From the human T2T-CHM13v2.0 reference genome, Homo sapiens: a stretch of DNA of 64,000 nucleotides. The translations under genes were made by a program, and so were the position numbers. Of this stretch, positions 1-17,198 are shown in pieces (positions within the stretch are counted from its first letter, which is position 1; every line of letters starts with the position of its first letter). The notes below the pieces were generated by a model that was not told the origin of the DNA, did not search any database, and saw only the letters and a list, made by a program, of their open reading frames with translations. The DNA is taken from the NCBI RefSeq assembly GCF_009914755.1, contig NC_060926.1; one strand, written 5' to 3'.

Positions 1-478
1 AGACAAACAAAAAGACAGCAGTAACCTCTGCAGACTTAAGTGTCCCTATCTGGCAGCTTTGAAGAGAGTAGTGGTTCTCCCAGCACACAGCTGGAGATCT
101 GAGAATGGGCAGACTGCCTCCTCAAGTGGGTCCCTGACCCCAAAGCAGCCTAACTGGGAGGCACCCCCCAGTAGGGGCAGACTGACACCTCACACGGCCG
201 GATACTCCTCTGAGACAAAACTTCCAGAGGAACAATCAGGCAGTAGCATTTGCTGTTCACCAAGAGCCACTGTTCTACAGCCACCGCTGTACTGCAGCCA
301 CCACTGCTGATACCCAGGCAAGCAGGGTCTGGAGTGGACCTCTAGCAAACTCCAACAGACCTGCAGCTGAGGGTCCTGTCTGTTAGAAGGAAAACTAACA
401 AACAGAAAGGACATCCACACCAAAAACTCTTCTGTACGTCACCATCATCAAAGGCCAAAAGTAGATAAAACCACAAAG

Positions 479-1494
479 ATGGGGAAAAAACAGAACAGAA
501 AAACTGGAAACTCTAAAAAGCAGAGCGCCTCTCCTCCTCCAAAGGAACGCAGCTCCTCACCACCAATGGAACAAAGCTGGACGGAGAATGACTTTGACGA
601 ATTGAGAGAAGAAGACTTCAGATGATCAAACTACTCTGAGCTACAGGAGGAAATTCAAACCAATGGCAAAGAAGTTAAAAACTTTGAAAAAAATTAGAAA
701 AATGGATAACTAGAATAACCAATGCAGAGAAGTCCTTAAAGGAGCTGATGGAGCTGAAAGCCAAGGCTCGAGAACTACGTGAAGAATGCAGAAGCCTCAG
801 GAGCCGATGCGATCAACTGGAAGAAAGGGTATCAGTGATGGAAGATGAAATGAATGAAATGAAGGGCGAAGGGAAGTTTAGAGAAAAAAGAATAAAAAGA
901 AACAAACAAAGCCTCCAAGAAACATGGGACTATGTGAAAAGACCAAATCTACATCTGATTGGTGTACCAGAAAGTGATGGGGAGAATGGAACCAAGTTGG
1001 AAAACACTCTGCAGGATATTATCCAGGAGAACTTCCCCAATCTAGCAAGGTAGGCCAACATTCAGATTCAGGAAATACAGAGAATGCCACAAAGATAATC
1101 CTCGAGAAGAGCAACTCCAAGACATATAATTGTCAGATTCACCAAAGTTGAAATGAAGGAAAAAAATGTTAAGGGCAGTCAGAGAGAAAGGTCAGGTTAC
1201 CCACAAAGGGAAGCGCATCAGACTAACAGCGGATCTCTCGGCAGAAACTCTACAAGCCAGAAGAGAGTGGGGGCCAATATTCAACATTCTTAAGGAAAGA
1301 ATTTTAAACCCAGAATTTCATATCCAGCCAAACTAAGCTTCATAAGTGAAGGAGAAATAAAATACTTCACAGACAAGCAAATGCTGAGAGATTTTGTCAC
1401 CACCAGGCCTGCCCTAAAAGAGCTCCTGAAAGAAGTGCTAAACATGGAAAGGCACAACCAGTACCAGCCGCTGCAAAATCATGCCAAAATGTAA
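479..1494 (+). pseudogene. Disrupted L1 ORF1p
   Basis: ATGGGGAAAAAACAG start and ATGTAA end; ORF piece MELKAKARELREECRS...; premature stops (TGA 623, TAG 1051) and frameshifts. Confidence 0.93.
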
Positions 1495-1557
1495 AGACCA
1501 TCGAGACTAGGAAGAAACTGCATCAACTAATGAGCAAAATAACCAGCTAACATCATA

Positions 1558-5369
<3,812 letters not shown>

Positions 5370-6924
5370 ACAATGAGAACAGATGGACACAGGAAGGGGA
5401 ACATCACACTTCGGGGACTGTTGTGGGGTGGGAGGAGGAGTGAGGGGGGAGTGGGGACGGATAGCATTAGGAGATATACCTAATACTAAATGACGAGTTA
5501 ATGTGTGCAGCACACCAACATGGCACATGTATACATATGTTACAAACCTGCACATTGTGCACATGTACCCTAAAACTTAAAGTAGAATAATAATAAAATT
5601 AAAAAAAAAAAGAAAGGCCTGGATGCAGGTGGCCAAATGACTTGATGAGCACATAGAATGTTCTTATCTCTAAATGATAATGTAGTACTATGAATAATCT
5701 AGACAGATATTAGTGTATTCTAAATAATCTCTGCACACTGCTATGGCCACTATAAGAAACTGCCTCAATGTTAACAGCAGGGCAATTAAATCTCAGTGGC
5801 TATAGTTCAGCAGTAGTTTACTAAGTTGCTCAGTGCTTCTGAGTAAAGTTTCCTGATAACCTCATCTTTCTGATGAGAAAAACCTCCAAGTAACAAATTA
5901 GAAGAGCAAAGTAGCTTGCCACTCCATTCTTTCAGGGTAATAAGAAAATCAGAGAAAGGAATGGAATAATAAATAAATTCCAAAATCTCTGGGTAGAATT
6001 AAGCCATATCTAAAATAATATAGTAATGTGCTTTTTTGAGAGATTATGTATGTGTGGTGTTACCTATCTATAGAACAGATGGCATACAACAAACATTTGT
6101 GACTCGTTTCTTTAGGAAGCGGCACATGAGACTAGCAGGAGTAAATGTTATATACACTGGGCCTCGCAAAAATTCTGCAATCACTGGGAATCAGTAACCT
6201 GGTAGAATGAGAAAACAACGTAATACTGAAAAATCAAAACACCATCCTACAGAACTTTGATGCATTCAGAACAAAGGTATTTACCTAGTTACAAATTGTT
6301 TACTTTTTTCTCTGTGCCCCTTCCCAAGCCCAGGGTGAGTCCAATACTCAGGCAAGAAAGGCACTATAAGCAGAAGGTGTACTGGGTTGCTCTGCATCCT
6401 ACCCAAGGTGCTGGGGGAGTGAGAATCTGACTCTTCCTACTCTAGGAATTTTGCTTTCAAGGGCTTTCTTTTCAGTAATGATGCTGGAGAACAGCAATTG
6501 AGACAAGGAGGTTCCGTAACTGCCCATTATTTGACACTGACTCCGAATGTAGTCCATGAAAGAAAACATAGAAGCTCTCTGAAGCACCCAAACTCAAGTT
6601 ACCCTTACTATACATTAGCCATACTGTTTCTCTTTGTAATGCCATTTTGCTGGCAGGAACAAACACCTCCAAAACCCCTTCTCAGATTTTTCCCCAAGCT
6701 TGAGTTCTGATATCAGCTGTGGTCCTTTCTCTAATTACTATTTCCTGTGCATGTATTTTTTTCTTTATGTAATTTAGGAATTCATTCTTCATAGGAGTTA
6801 ACTGGGAATAGAGAATGCACGGGGCAGCTTTGACTCAGACATTCAACCTTACCTTCACCGAGCAAATTTTTGGCTTCTTTTGCTCTTGGGATTAAGAGTT
6901 AAAACTATTTCATATTCTTTTCAG

Positions 6925-7001
6925 TTTCCTTCTCTTCCTTTACTCCTCCTCCTCCTTTTCGTTTTCTTCCTCCTCCTCTTTTTTCTTCCACTACTTCTCT
7001 C
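6925..7001. repeat. CT-rich low-complexity tract
   Basis: Runs of TCC/TTC/CTT. Confidence 0.7.
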
Positions 7002-7368
7002 ATTTGTCTTTTGGTTATTCATTTATCAGTCTCTCCTTAGTCCCATCTGTCACCTACTTCACCTACTGTGCAATTTAGGCAGATGGCTTTCTAGCAGAAA
7101 GAGAGCAATCAAATCTGTAATTGACTGAAATCTTGACAAATTCAGAAATTATCAAAGAGTTTTGTTTTTTTTTTAAGGTGGAGGAAGTTGGGAAGTAGAA
7201 GAAATTCAGTACTGACTGGAGAATGTCATAGGGAGGCCAGAGAGGGAAAAAGTACATAGAGGTTTCAAGGTAGAGAGCAGAGGGAACCTGGAAGTAAGCC
7301 TTAGCCAATACTGTTCATTCAACCTACCCACCTGATGAAATTAATATGGGCCAAGTCATTTTTTTCAA

Positions 7369-7763
7369 TGTCTTAGTTCCAGCTACAGTAGCAAAATACC
7401 ATAGACTGGTGGGTTAAAACAATAGAAATATATTTCCTCACACTTCAGAAGCTAGAAGTGCACAATCAGGATGCCAACATGGTTAGGTTCTGAAAAGGGC
7501 TCTCTGTTAGCTTTTAGGTGGCCACCTCCTCATTTTGTCCTCACATGGCAGAGAAAGAGAGAGAGACAGAGAAAGAGAGAGACAGAGAGCATGCTGTCTA
7601 GTGTCTCTACTTATAAGGGCACTAATCGCATCATGAACATCACACTCTAATGATCTCATTTAACCTTAATTACCTCCCAAAGTCCCCATCTCCAAATGCC
7701 ATCACATTGGGGGTTAAGGCTTCAATATATGAATTTTAGGGAGATGCATTTTAGTACAAAGCA
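7369..7763 (-). mobile_element. MaLR solo LTR, MLT1A/MLT1A0-like, with an internal (GA)n tract
   Basis: TGTCTTAGT...AAATACCATAGACTGG...TTATAAGGGCACTAATC...CATCACATTGGGGGTTAAGGCTTCAA...AAAGCA. Confidence 0.85.
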
Positions 7764-8462
7764 AATGTTTTCCAATTATGCCTTAAAGATGTTCAAACAT
7801 ACAAGGTAAGAGAAAATGTACAATCTTTATTTATTTTGCTTTCACATCAGATCACGAATCAAGCTGAAAAAGTAAAGCATTCTGTGAGTTGTGGAATGGA
7901 AATTGCCTCAACCATCTCACCACTTGATGACACTTGTAATTTCAGTGACCCAATTCAAGGCAAGAGAGCTCAGTTTTTCCATGTTTGCAGCAGTACTCTT
8001 AAATTCTTGATTCTGAGTTGTTAGGAGACACAATTTCAGAGGTACTTATTACATAACTTTAAAACATTTTTCTTTTTTCTACTAAAGAAAAACTACAAAG
8101 GATAAAGATAAGCTTTTGATTTTAAGGTTGTATAGTCTACAAACTGTTTTCCCATACCTAGTTCTTCACTTGATTTTTTATATGTTTAACTTTTGAATTC
8201 TACTTTGTGTTATAATTAATTTCTCAGAGAGATAAACAACATTCATTCATAAATTAAGAGAGATTAATTTTTTGATGACTAAAGGAACTCTGCTTCATAC
8301 ATAGTATAAGAACTTGAATCTTTAAATTCTGAACTATATTTGGTTATTTAACTTTTTTAATATAATGAGAATTTGTCATATCATTTTTCAAAGCCTATAA
8401 ATTTTGGAAATTAATCTAAATTCTCAAAATCATCATCATATTAAAATATTAACATGGAATAT

Positions 8463-9376
8463 TGTTAAAAAATTCAATGACACAATTGTTAAAGCAGAGT
8501 AAGGAAGATTTTATTCAAGACCATCACAACATATAGAAACCACTGCAATGGGATTTTGCAGCAGTGGAACTCACTTGGGCTCGACTTCAAATACAGCACG
8601 ATCAAGTGGGAATTTATAGCCAGGGAGCAGGATGGAAGTCATTGAAAAGAAAATTACTAAGAGGAAGCATCAGGAGTATGGGGGATTCTGGCTAAACTGA
8701 TTTAGCAAGCTTCTTGCTGAACACAACCAGGGTGATCAGACAACCATCACCTGGGAGATGGTTATGAATGAGAAACAAGATCAGACATCGAGGGTGTATT
8801 AGTCTGTTCTCAATCTGCTAATAAAGACATACCTGAGACTGGATAATTTATAAAAGGAAGAGATTTAATTGACTCACAGTTCCACATGGCTGGGGAGGTC
8901 TCACAATCATGGCTGAAAGTGAATGAGTAGCAAAGTCACATCTTACATGGTGGCAGCCAAGAGATAGCATGTGCAGGAGGACTGCCATGTATCAAACCAT
9001 CAGATCTCATGAAACTTATTCACTATCATGAGAACATAATGGGAAAAGCCCACCCCCATGATTCAATTACCTCCCACCGGGTCCCTCCCATGACACATGG
9101 GGATTATTACAATTCAAGGTGAGATGTGGGTGGGGACCACAGAGCCAAACCATATCACAACCAGGGTAGTCAGACGACCATCACGTGGGGGATGGTGAAG
9201 AATGAGGAACCCGATCAGACATTGAGGGTAACTAGATACTGAGGGTGTGGGGTTTTTGCTAAACTAACTTAGCAGGGTTCTTGTCAAAACTGGATTTCAT
9301 AAGGAAATGCACAGTTGGGCTTAGGAGTAGGCTGAGGAGCTTGACTAAAGTTTCATCAGGGAGAGAATCTTTGTTA
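8463..9376 (-). mobile_element. ERV1 LTR, MER67-like, interrupted by THE1
   Basis: Reverse strand starts TAACAAAGATTCTCTCCCTGATGAAACTTTAGTCAAGCTCC (MER67-type start) and ends AATAAA...TTTTTTAACA. Confidence 0.7.
8795..9157 (-). mobile_element. THE1C-like solo LTR
   Basis: TGTATTAGTCTGTTCTC...AATAAAGACATACC...CAGAGCCAAACCATATCA termini. Confidence 0.9.
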
Positions 9377-10057
9377 GTGTCAAATAATATAAAAAATACA
9401 GAATATAATGTGTGTCAGCCACTGTGTTTAATTTTAAAAATTTGGTTGATGTTTTAAACCCCATAGTTTTATTCATTTAAATGATTAATTTTTATGAAAT
9501 ATCTATGATATGGCTTTTGTTTAACTATTATTTGTTTCTATGTAGCAATCAAACATCAAGTAATACTCTCAATAAAGATGTGTAATTAAAACAGAAGAGG
9601 AAACAGACTAACAGAAGTGATGAAGAATGGCAGTTCTAAGGATGGCAGGTGAAATTATTGCTATGTCCTAGAGGCAAAATGATATTACTCACATAAAATA
9701 TTTCACTGAGTTTTTTAATTATTTATAATTTTTGTTATAAAAATCTTATAAACAAAAATTTGAGAAGGTGATATGAATATGTATATGTAAGAATAAAATG
9801 AAGTTTTTCATTAGGAAAAGAAGATTTGGAAATTTTGAGCATTAACTACATTATGATCTGAATCATTTTTAAAGTAATCATTTTAAAAAAGAAGTAAAAT
9901 ATGGTTGATCAAAATTACTTATCCAATGAAAATGTAACCAGAAAAAAGCATACCTTATAATAAAATATATTTAAATTCCAAATAATAGATTTCTCTCCAG
10001 AAACCATTTTGACAAAATATGCCAAAAGCCCTCAAAGGACTTATATTTTTTCCTACT

Positions 10058-12420
10058 TGATGTGGTTTGAATTTTTGTCCCTGCCCAAATCTTACGTTGA
10101 ATTGTAATTCCCAGTGTTGGGGAAGGAGACTGGTGGGAGGTGATTGGATCATCAGGGTGGACTTCCCTTTGCTGTTCTCATGACAGTGAGTGAGTTTTTA
10201 TGGGATGTGGTTGTTTAAAAGTGTGTAGCACCTCTCCCTTCACTCTCTTCCTTTTTCTCCAGCTGTGTAAGACATACCTGCTTCGCCTTCACCTTCTGCC
10301 ATGATTGTAAGTTTCCTGAGGTTTCCCCAGCCATGCTTTCTGTACAGCCTGCAGAACTATGTGTCAATTAAACCTCTTTGGTTATAAATTACCCAATTTC
10401 AGGTAGTTATTTATACCAGTAAAAGAATGGACTAATACAGAAAATTGGTACTGGGAAGTGGGGCATTGCTATAAAGGTACCTAAAAATGTAGAAGCAACT
10501 TTGGAACTGGGTAATGGGCAGAGGTTGGAACAGTTTGGAGGACTCAGAAGAAGACAGGAAGATGAGAAAGAATTTGAAATTTCCTGGAGAATTGTTAAAT
10601 TGTTGTGATCAAAATGCTGACACTGTTATGGATAGCGAAGTCCACGCTGAGGTGGTCTCAGATGAACATGAGGAACTTATTGGGAACTAGAGTAAATATC
10701 ACTCTTGCTATGCTTTAGCAGAGACTGGCAGCATTTTGCCCCTGCCCTAGAAATCTGTGAAACTTTGAACATAAGAGTAATGATTTAGGGTCTCTGATGG
10801 AAGAAATTTGTAAGCAGCCAAGTATTCAAGATGTTACCTGGCTGCTTCTAATAGTTTATGGTCATACACTTGAGCAAAGAGATGATCTGAAACTGGACCT
10901 TATATTTAAAAGGGAAGCACAGCATAAAAGTTTAGAAAATTTGCAGCCTGACCATGTGATAGGAAAGAAAAACCCATTTCCTGGGGAAAAAACTCAAGCC
11001 TGCTGCAGAAATTTGCATAAGTAAAGAGAAGCCAAATGTTAGTAGCTGAGACAATGTGGAAAATACCTTCAGGGCATGTCAGAGACCTTTGTGGCCGCCC
11101 TTCCTATCACAGGTCTGAAGGCTTATGTGGGAAGAATGGTTTTATGGGCCACACTGAGGGCTCTGCTGCCCTGTGCAACCTCAAGATACTGTTCCCTGTG
11201 TCCTAGCCTCTCGAGCTCCAGCCATAGCTAAAAGGGCCCCAGATGTGTCTCAGGCTGCTGCTCCAGATGGTACAAGACATAAGCCTTAGTGGCTTCCATG
11301 TGGTGTTGGGCCTATGGGTGCAAAGAAGGCAAGAGTGGAGGTTTAGGAACCTCTGCCTAGATGTCAGAGGATGTATGGAAATGCCAGGATGTCCAGGCTG
11401 AAGTCTGTTGCAGGGGTGGAGCCCTGTGGAGAACCTCTACTAGTGCAGGTGGAGGGGAAATGTGGGGTTTGAGCCCCCACAGAGTCCCCACTGGGGCACT
11501 GCCTAGTAGAATTATGAGAAGAGGGCCATCGTCCTCCTGACCCCAGAATGGTAGATCTATCAACAGCTTACACAATGCACCTGGAAAAGCTGCAAGTACT
11601 CGACACCAGCCTGTGAAAACAGTAGTAGGGGCTATGCCCTGCAGAGCCACAGGGGAAGAGATGGCCAAGGCCTTTGGAGCACACCCCTTGCATCAATGTT
11701 GCCTAGATATGAGACCTAGAGTCAAAGGAGATTATTTTGGAGCTTTAAGATTTAATGATGGCCCTGCTGCGTTTTGGACTTGAATGGGACCTGTAGCCCC
11801 TTTGTTTTGGCTGATTTCTCCCATTTGGAATGGGAGTATTTACTAAATGCCTATACCTCCATTGTATCTTGGAAGTAACTAACTTGTTTTTTGTTTTACA
11901 GACTCATAGGTGCAAGGGACTTTCCTTGTCTCAGATAAGAGTTTGGCTTGGGACTTTTGAGTTAATGTCGGAATGAGTTAAGAATTTGAGGGACTTTTGG
12001 GAAGGCATGATTGTGTTTTGAAATGTGAGAAGGACATGAGATTTTGGAGGGGCCAGAAGTGGAATAATATAGTTTAGATTTGTGTCTCCATCCAAATCTC
12101 ATGTTGAATTGTAATCTTGGGGGAGGGCCCTGGTGGGAGGTGACTGGATCATGGGGGTAGACTTCCCCTTTGCTGTTCTCATAATAGTGAATGAGTTTTC
12201 ACAAGATCTGCTTGTTTAAAAGTGTATAGCACCTCCACCTTCACTCTCTTCCTCCTTGTCTGGCCATGTAAGATGTGCCTGCTTCCTTCAGCTTCCACCA
12301 TGATTGTAAGTTTCCTGAAGCCTCCCCAGCCATGCTTTCTGCATAGCCTGCAGAACTGTGAACTAATTAAACCTCTTTTCTTATAAATAACCTAGTTTCA
12401 GGTAGTTCTTTATAGCAGTG
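10058..12420 (+). mobile_element. MSTA-like MaLR with internal sequence: 5' LTR 10058-10439, internal 10440-12064, 3' LTR 12065-12420 (last ~20 bp missing)
   Basis: Two similar LTRs flank a MaLR internal region (GAAAATTGGTAC...GGGGCCAGAAGTGGAA); the 3' LTR stops at TTATAGCAGTG. Confidence 0.9.
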
Positions 12421-13269
12421 TATTACTGAAGTAACACACCACTTTAATTTTACTCCTATTAATCAAGCCGAAAAAAATATTTAAATAGATGAGAACTTTA
12501 AAAAAGAAACATATGCAAAGATATTTAAATTTCTAAGAAAAGAAATGCTAAAAGAGAATATACTCAGTACAATAAATGTGGCTATTAGCAATAGAAGTTG
12601 AAAGTATTTATAGTAGCACGTAGTATTCTTATATGGGTAACTGGGGAAAAACAGCATACAAATTTAAGTATAATTTGTAAGCCCAATTACTAAAAATAAA
12701 AAAAAGTATGCATTGAAAAAGGTTAGAAGGAAATAAAACATTGACAGTTTTTTGTTTCTGAGAATTTAGGAAATTGCTTAATCTTTACCTTGCATTTTGC
12801 ATATTAAAGTATGTTTTATAATGAATTTTATATTAAAAAATTCAAAACTATATCTAAAAATATGTGTTTAATAAAATAAATGAAAATGACATTCCAGATG
12901 TAACCCATATATCTAAACTTTTTCTTTTCTCAGCAAAATGGAGAAATTGGCATAAAGCAGTTTTTTAACACCTCAGTCTATTTCTTTCTCTCCAGCAGGA
13001 ATTCACTGAATGTCTATCTATCATGTATGCTGTTGGAGGCACCTGTCTTTCAGTTCAGAGGTTATGGATGTATCTATCATCAGTATTTCGGGTGAGCAAT
13101 TGCCAATCAATTTCCTTCGACAATGGGTTTGGCTTTTTTATTGTTAGAAGATTAAAAGTTCTCAGAACTTGCTGTGCAACAAGATATTTTACTAAATCAC
13201 TGTTTTTACATTCAGCCTATTGTTATTCTGTTATTTCACTTTGTAAAACACAAAGCTTTTTGCATAGAC

Positions 13270-13417
13270 TTTTACTTTTGGCCAAGTGGTGTGATAGAAA
13301 CCATATTCACTCCTTCTACCTGAAGCAACCATAAAACTAGCAAAGAAATATGAAACAACGGTTTTCAAGACACTGGACATGAGCCAATGAAGGACAGTGA
13401 TTTCTGGAAGATGGGAT
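13270..13417 (+). mobile_element. Ancient L1M (L1MC/L1MD-type) 5'-end fragment
   Basis: CCTGAAGCAACC...ATATGAAACAACGGTTTTCAAGACACTGGACAT...GAAGGACAGTGAT motif. Confidence 0.6.
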
Positions 13418-14879
13418 TTTCTTTCCCAGCGAAGATTGGTACCATTGGAAAATTTGACTTAAAATTTGACAGAAATTTGACTTGACATGCAAAAAAAAAA
13501 AAAGTAAGAAACCTGAATGTCAGTAATACAGTGTCAATTTTAGTGTTTAATACTTCAGTTCTTTTATATTAAATAATGCAGAAGACAGACAATCTGGGAA
13601 ACGTGTGAATGAATGATTATGACTATGGCAGGTCTCCTTTATTTACATATAAAAAATAAACTATATTAAAATTTTATCTTAACACTTCACTAATTTATCT
13701 TTTTCATACTAGGAATGGAAAGTTGTGATAGTGAGTTCATTGAATGAAAAGTAATGCATGTAAGCTCTGTTTTCTCACAGTTAAGCACTGGTAGAGTTGG
13801 GCTCATTTTCTAGATTATTAAAGATCTTCAATCGTATTTGTTTCCTTTAAAACCACTCTTCACAAATTTTCTTTTCTTGACAGACTTAAATCTCTATGCT
13901 AGAAATTAGTGGCCCTTAACCAACTCTTGACTTTCCTAATGCTTAACTTCTGTAAATATACTTAAATTCTAAAGTTTATGTTACCTCTAACCTTTTTTTC
14001 CTGATTCTGTTTGCTCTTGAATACTCTCAGAAAACATATTTCAACAATCTATTAAAAATATACAAAAAAGAAAAAAGAAAACTTCTGCTTTTTAAAGCAG
14101 AATGAATATGAAATGTTAAAGGATTCAATTTTAATGATGTCCAGCTTCTTTTCATAATGGTTCTTTTTTGACCATTTATTAGTTTAAACTGAACAATTCT
14201 GAGAAATTTTATATTATTTTACTATGAAATCTGGTTGAAATGAAAACAGTAGAATGAACTTGAAATTAGGCTGCAAATGATCACACTGTACTTTTTCAGC
14301 CAAGTTATTTTCATTGCAAACACAGAATGAGGTTTTTATTTCCCATTTTATCAGGTATATAAAATTTCTGCTCTTTTTTTGTGGGGATAGGTGTTTCACT
14401 TATGCCTTTTCTCTTCCTTTTACTCATTTTTATCTGAAACTATGAATTTAATCTGTTCTTTTAACCTGCATTACAATAAAAACCATGTCTGCATGCTCTT
14501 ATTTGTTGCTTTCATGTTGCAAAAGTGGCCCATGATCACATGGGATCATGTGGATCACCTGGAGTCCTGATAATGACCAATGGCATTAGAAAGGAGAAGG
14601 AGCAGTTGGGGCCTCAGGGCAATCCCACGAGGTGATGGCCTGCATTACACGTACTGGGTACTGCTGGTGGCTGTGTTTTTTTCAATGACATCACTTAATG
14701 CCTGGGGAATGCTTCTTCCATAAAATTGGGTGAGGACAAGACCAGAGAGTGGCAGATTTGGAGAAGAGACATAAATTAAATCTTAGTAAATACAACTTAT
14801 TTGATCTGCACAAACCATAAGGAGAGTGCTGTTGATAACAGTAAACTCAACTGCAATTGTACTGCGTTATTTTTATTAT

Positions 14880-15140
14880 ATGGATGGAGATCAATGAGAC
14901 AAATGGAGACTTAGAAGAGCTGTCAAGTACAAGTTATTCCTTTGGTCAATATTGGAAAATACATATGACTTAATTGACTAAATTCATAAGTGACCATATC
15001 ATACTATAATCACTGGAAAATGATGCTAGGACATTCAAGAACAGAATCCCAAACCACACAATCTTAATTCTAAAGACTGGTCTGGAATCTACAATAAGGA
15101 AACCAGACTCCCATGGATTTATAAAGTTCAAGCCTCTGAT
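14880..15140 (+). mobile_element. Possible highly diverged CR1/L3 fragment
   Basis: Weak resemblance of GGACATTCAAGAACAGAATC...GACTGGTCTGGAATC to the CR1 RT 3' region. Confidence 0.25.
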
Positions 15141-16898
15141 TTTGCAGATGTTCTGCTTTTGCATATGGTTAATCATGACAATTGCTCAGCTCCACACCTA
15201 AAAGAGCATGTTTCCAAGTTATATTCTATTCCAACACCTTAGTGCACTTTCATCCTAGAGTTTTTCTGGTGAGTCCCGGCAATGTCAATAACTAAGGTTA
15301 GATAAGAAATAACTTGGCTTTTTTTTTCAGTTTGGCACAGAGAGGTTATTATTGAAGTCCAAAAGAACCAAGCAATGTTAACCCATACTTAGTGAGATGT
15401 TTGTCTTTAATTGTGTTTAGTGTTAAGCCTACCAATGATGAGGATTCAATGATGAAAATGGTTTATGTATTGTGATTAGTACAGAGAAAGTGGCACCATA
15501 ATAATTTATTTGTAAATCCAAAATTATTTGTAATGTTTTCCTATAAGCAAAGATATCACTTCAACCCTTTAAAATACTGCAGCTGATCTTTCTCACTAAT
15601 AACTATTTACATAGTTTTAACATTTTTTTGCATGACATTGTCCTATGGGGTGAAGTAACAATCTCACAAGATGGTCTGTGACATAAAGAAAGCTTATCTA
15701 GCATAAATGCTCTATTGTTGAATACAATAAAGAATTAAGAATCACATGCTTTAATGGGCTACACCACCAAGAAATTGAAACACGTGATATTTATTTTTGA
15801 AGGGGAATGCTCCACAGTAAATATATTCTTATGTATAGTTTAGTTGTGATCAATTACAGGCTAAATATTAATGATTGTAAAAAAATAAGTCATCATGATA
15901 AAAAGTACACAGACATTTTACACAGATTTTCTACCTGTGAAAATATGTAGACATGAGTATGGTCTCATTGTTAAGGCAAATTATTATAATACAATAACAA
16001 ATGCAGGAAAAGAATTTAAACAAAACAAAAACAATAATCATGTGAGACTGACTTACAAAATAAGAATTGTCCTTAAAGCAAGACTATATTATTCCTCAGT
16101 AGTTACTGTGAATTTTAATTTTTCATAGCTGAGTCAATAGACAAAGTAACAAAAGTTAAAAATAAAATTATCTAAATTACTTATTTTATATGTAGTAAGT
16201 ACTTTTAAAAATTTATATTTTACCTAGGGGACAATCACTCTTGCTATTGATGAGTCATAAGAACTTCAAAAACTTGAAAAATAATTTATCCCTGAGATTT
16301 AGAGACAGAAAAATCTCTACAAATGTAGAAGTGCAGTTCTATAATGTTTGAACACTCCTTACCACTGAAACAATCAAATGTATCCCAGACCAGAGTAGTT
16401 ATTGCCTCCGTTATGTTAATCTGATCTTCTTGTAATGAAATTACAAGGGCAAATTTTTAAAAATCAGGTAAAAAGCAACACTTGTTTTATTGTCAGCTTT
16501 ACTAATATGTGGTTAAAATTGAGGCAAATCCAATGAGTAAATTATTGCTTCATAAATGTTAAGTAATATTTTAATATTCAAAAAGTATTAGATAGCAAAG
16601 AAAAAATATCTGTTAAATGAGGGTAGGCTAAATTTCAAGAACCAATAAACCATTTAAGGGTCTTTTTTAAAAAAAGAGTTAGCTTTGCCTGCTTTATCTT
16701 ATATATTGTATAATAATTTTAAACTGTGATGGTTAGTAACATTGATTTTCTTTTAGTTGTTTAAAAACTCCTAAGAAGAAATAGGGAAAATTTTCTACAA
16801 TACTTCATTGTCATGACACGATAATTTATAAAACCTATGAATTAGGTTTTATAATGGAGGACAGCATATATTTTTCTAATGTTTTTCCATTTTTTAAT

Positions 16899-17198
16899 TT
16901 TTTTTATTTTTTCTTATTTTTTGAGAGGGAGTCTCGCTCTGTCGCCCAGGCTGGAGTGCAGTGGCACAGCCTTGGCTCACTGCAAGCTCCGCCTCCCGGA
17001 TTCACGCCATTCTCCTGCCTCAGCCTCCTGTGGGACTACAGGCGCCCGCCTCCACGCCCGGCTAATTTTTTGTATTTTTTAGTAGAGACGGGGTTTCACC
17101 GTGTTAGCCAGGATGGTCTTGATCTCCTGACCTCTTGATCCGCCTGCCTCGGCGTCCCAAAGTGCTGGGATTACAGGTGTGAGCTACCGTGCCCGGCC
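16899..17198 (-). mobile_element. AluY
   Basis: GCAAGCTCCGCCTCCCGGATTCACGCCATTC and GTGTTAGCCAGGATGGTC diagnostics; T-rich tail on the left; TSD of about 17 bp. Confidence 0.95.

Noticed and set aside
190-423. Antisense ORF in the L1 5'UTR (also 62513-62821) as ORF0
   Set aside because: Wrong position: ORF0 lies further 5', outside the window for the first L1 and deleted in the last
13451-13487. Triple AAATTTGAC repeat
   Set aside because: Short slippage repeat in AT-rich sequence with no functional support
14531-14550. Hairpin CATGATC-ACATGG-GATCATG
   Set aside because: A 7-bp stem is expected by chance in 64 kb and is too short for a pre-miRNA
16854-17138. ORFs such as [12 protein letters not shown]... 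(also 17594, 29966, 33963, 38812)
   Set aside because: Translations of Alu sequence
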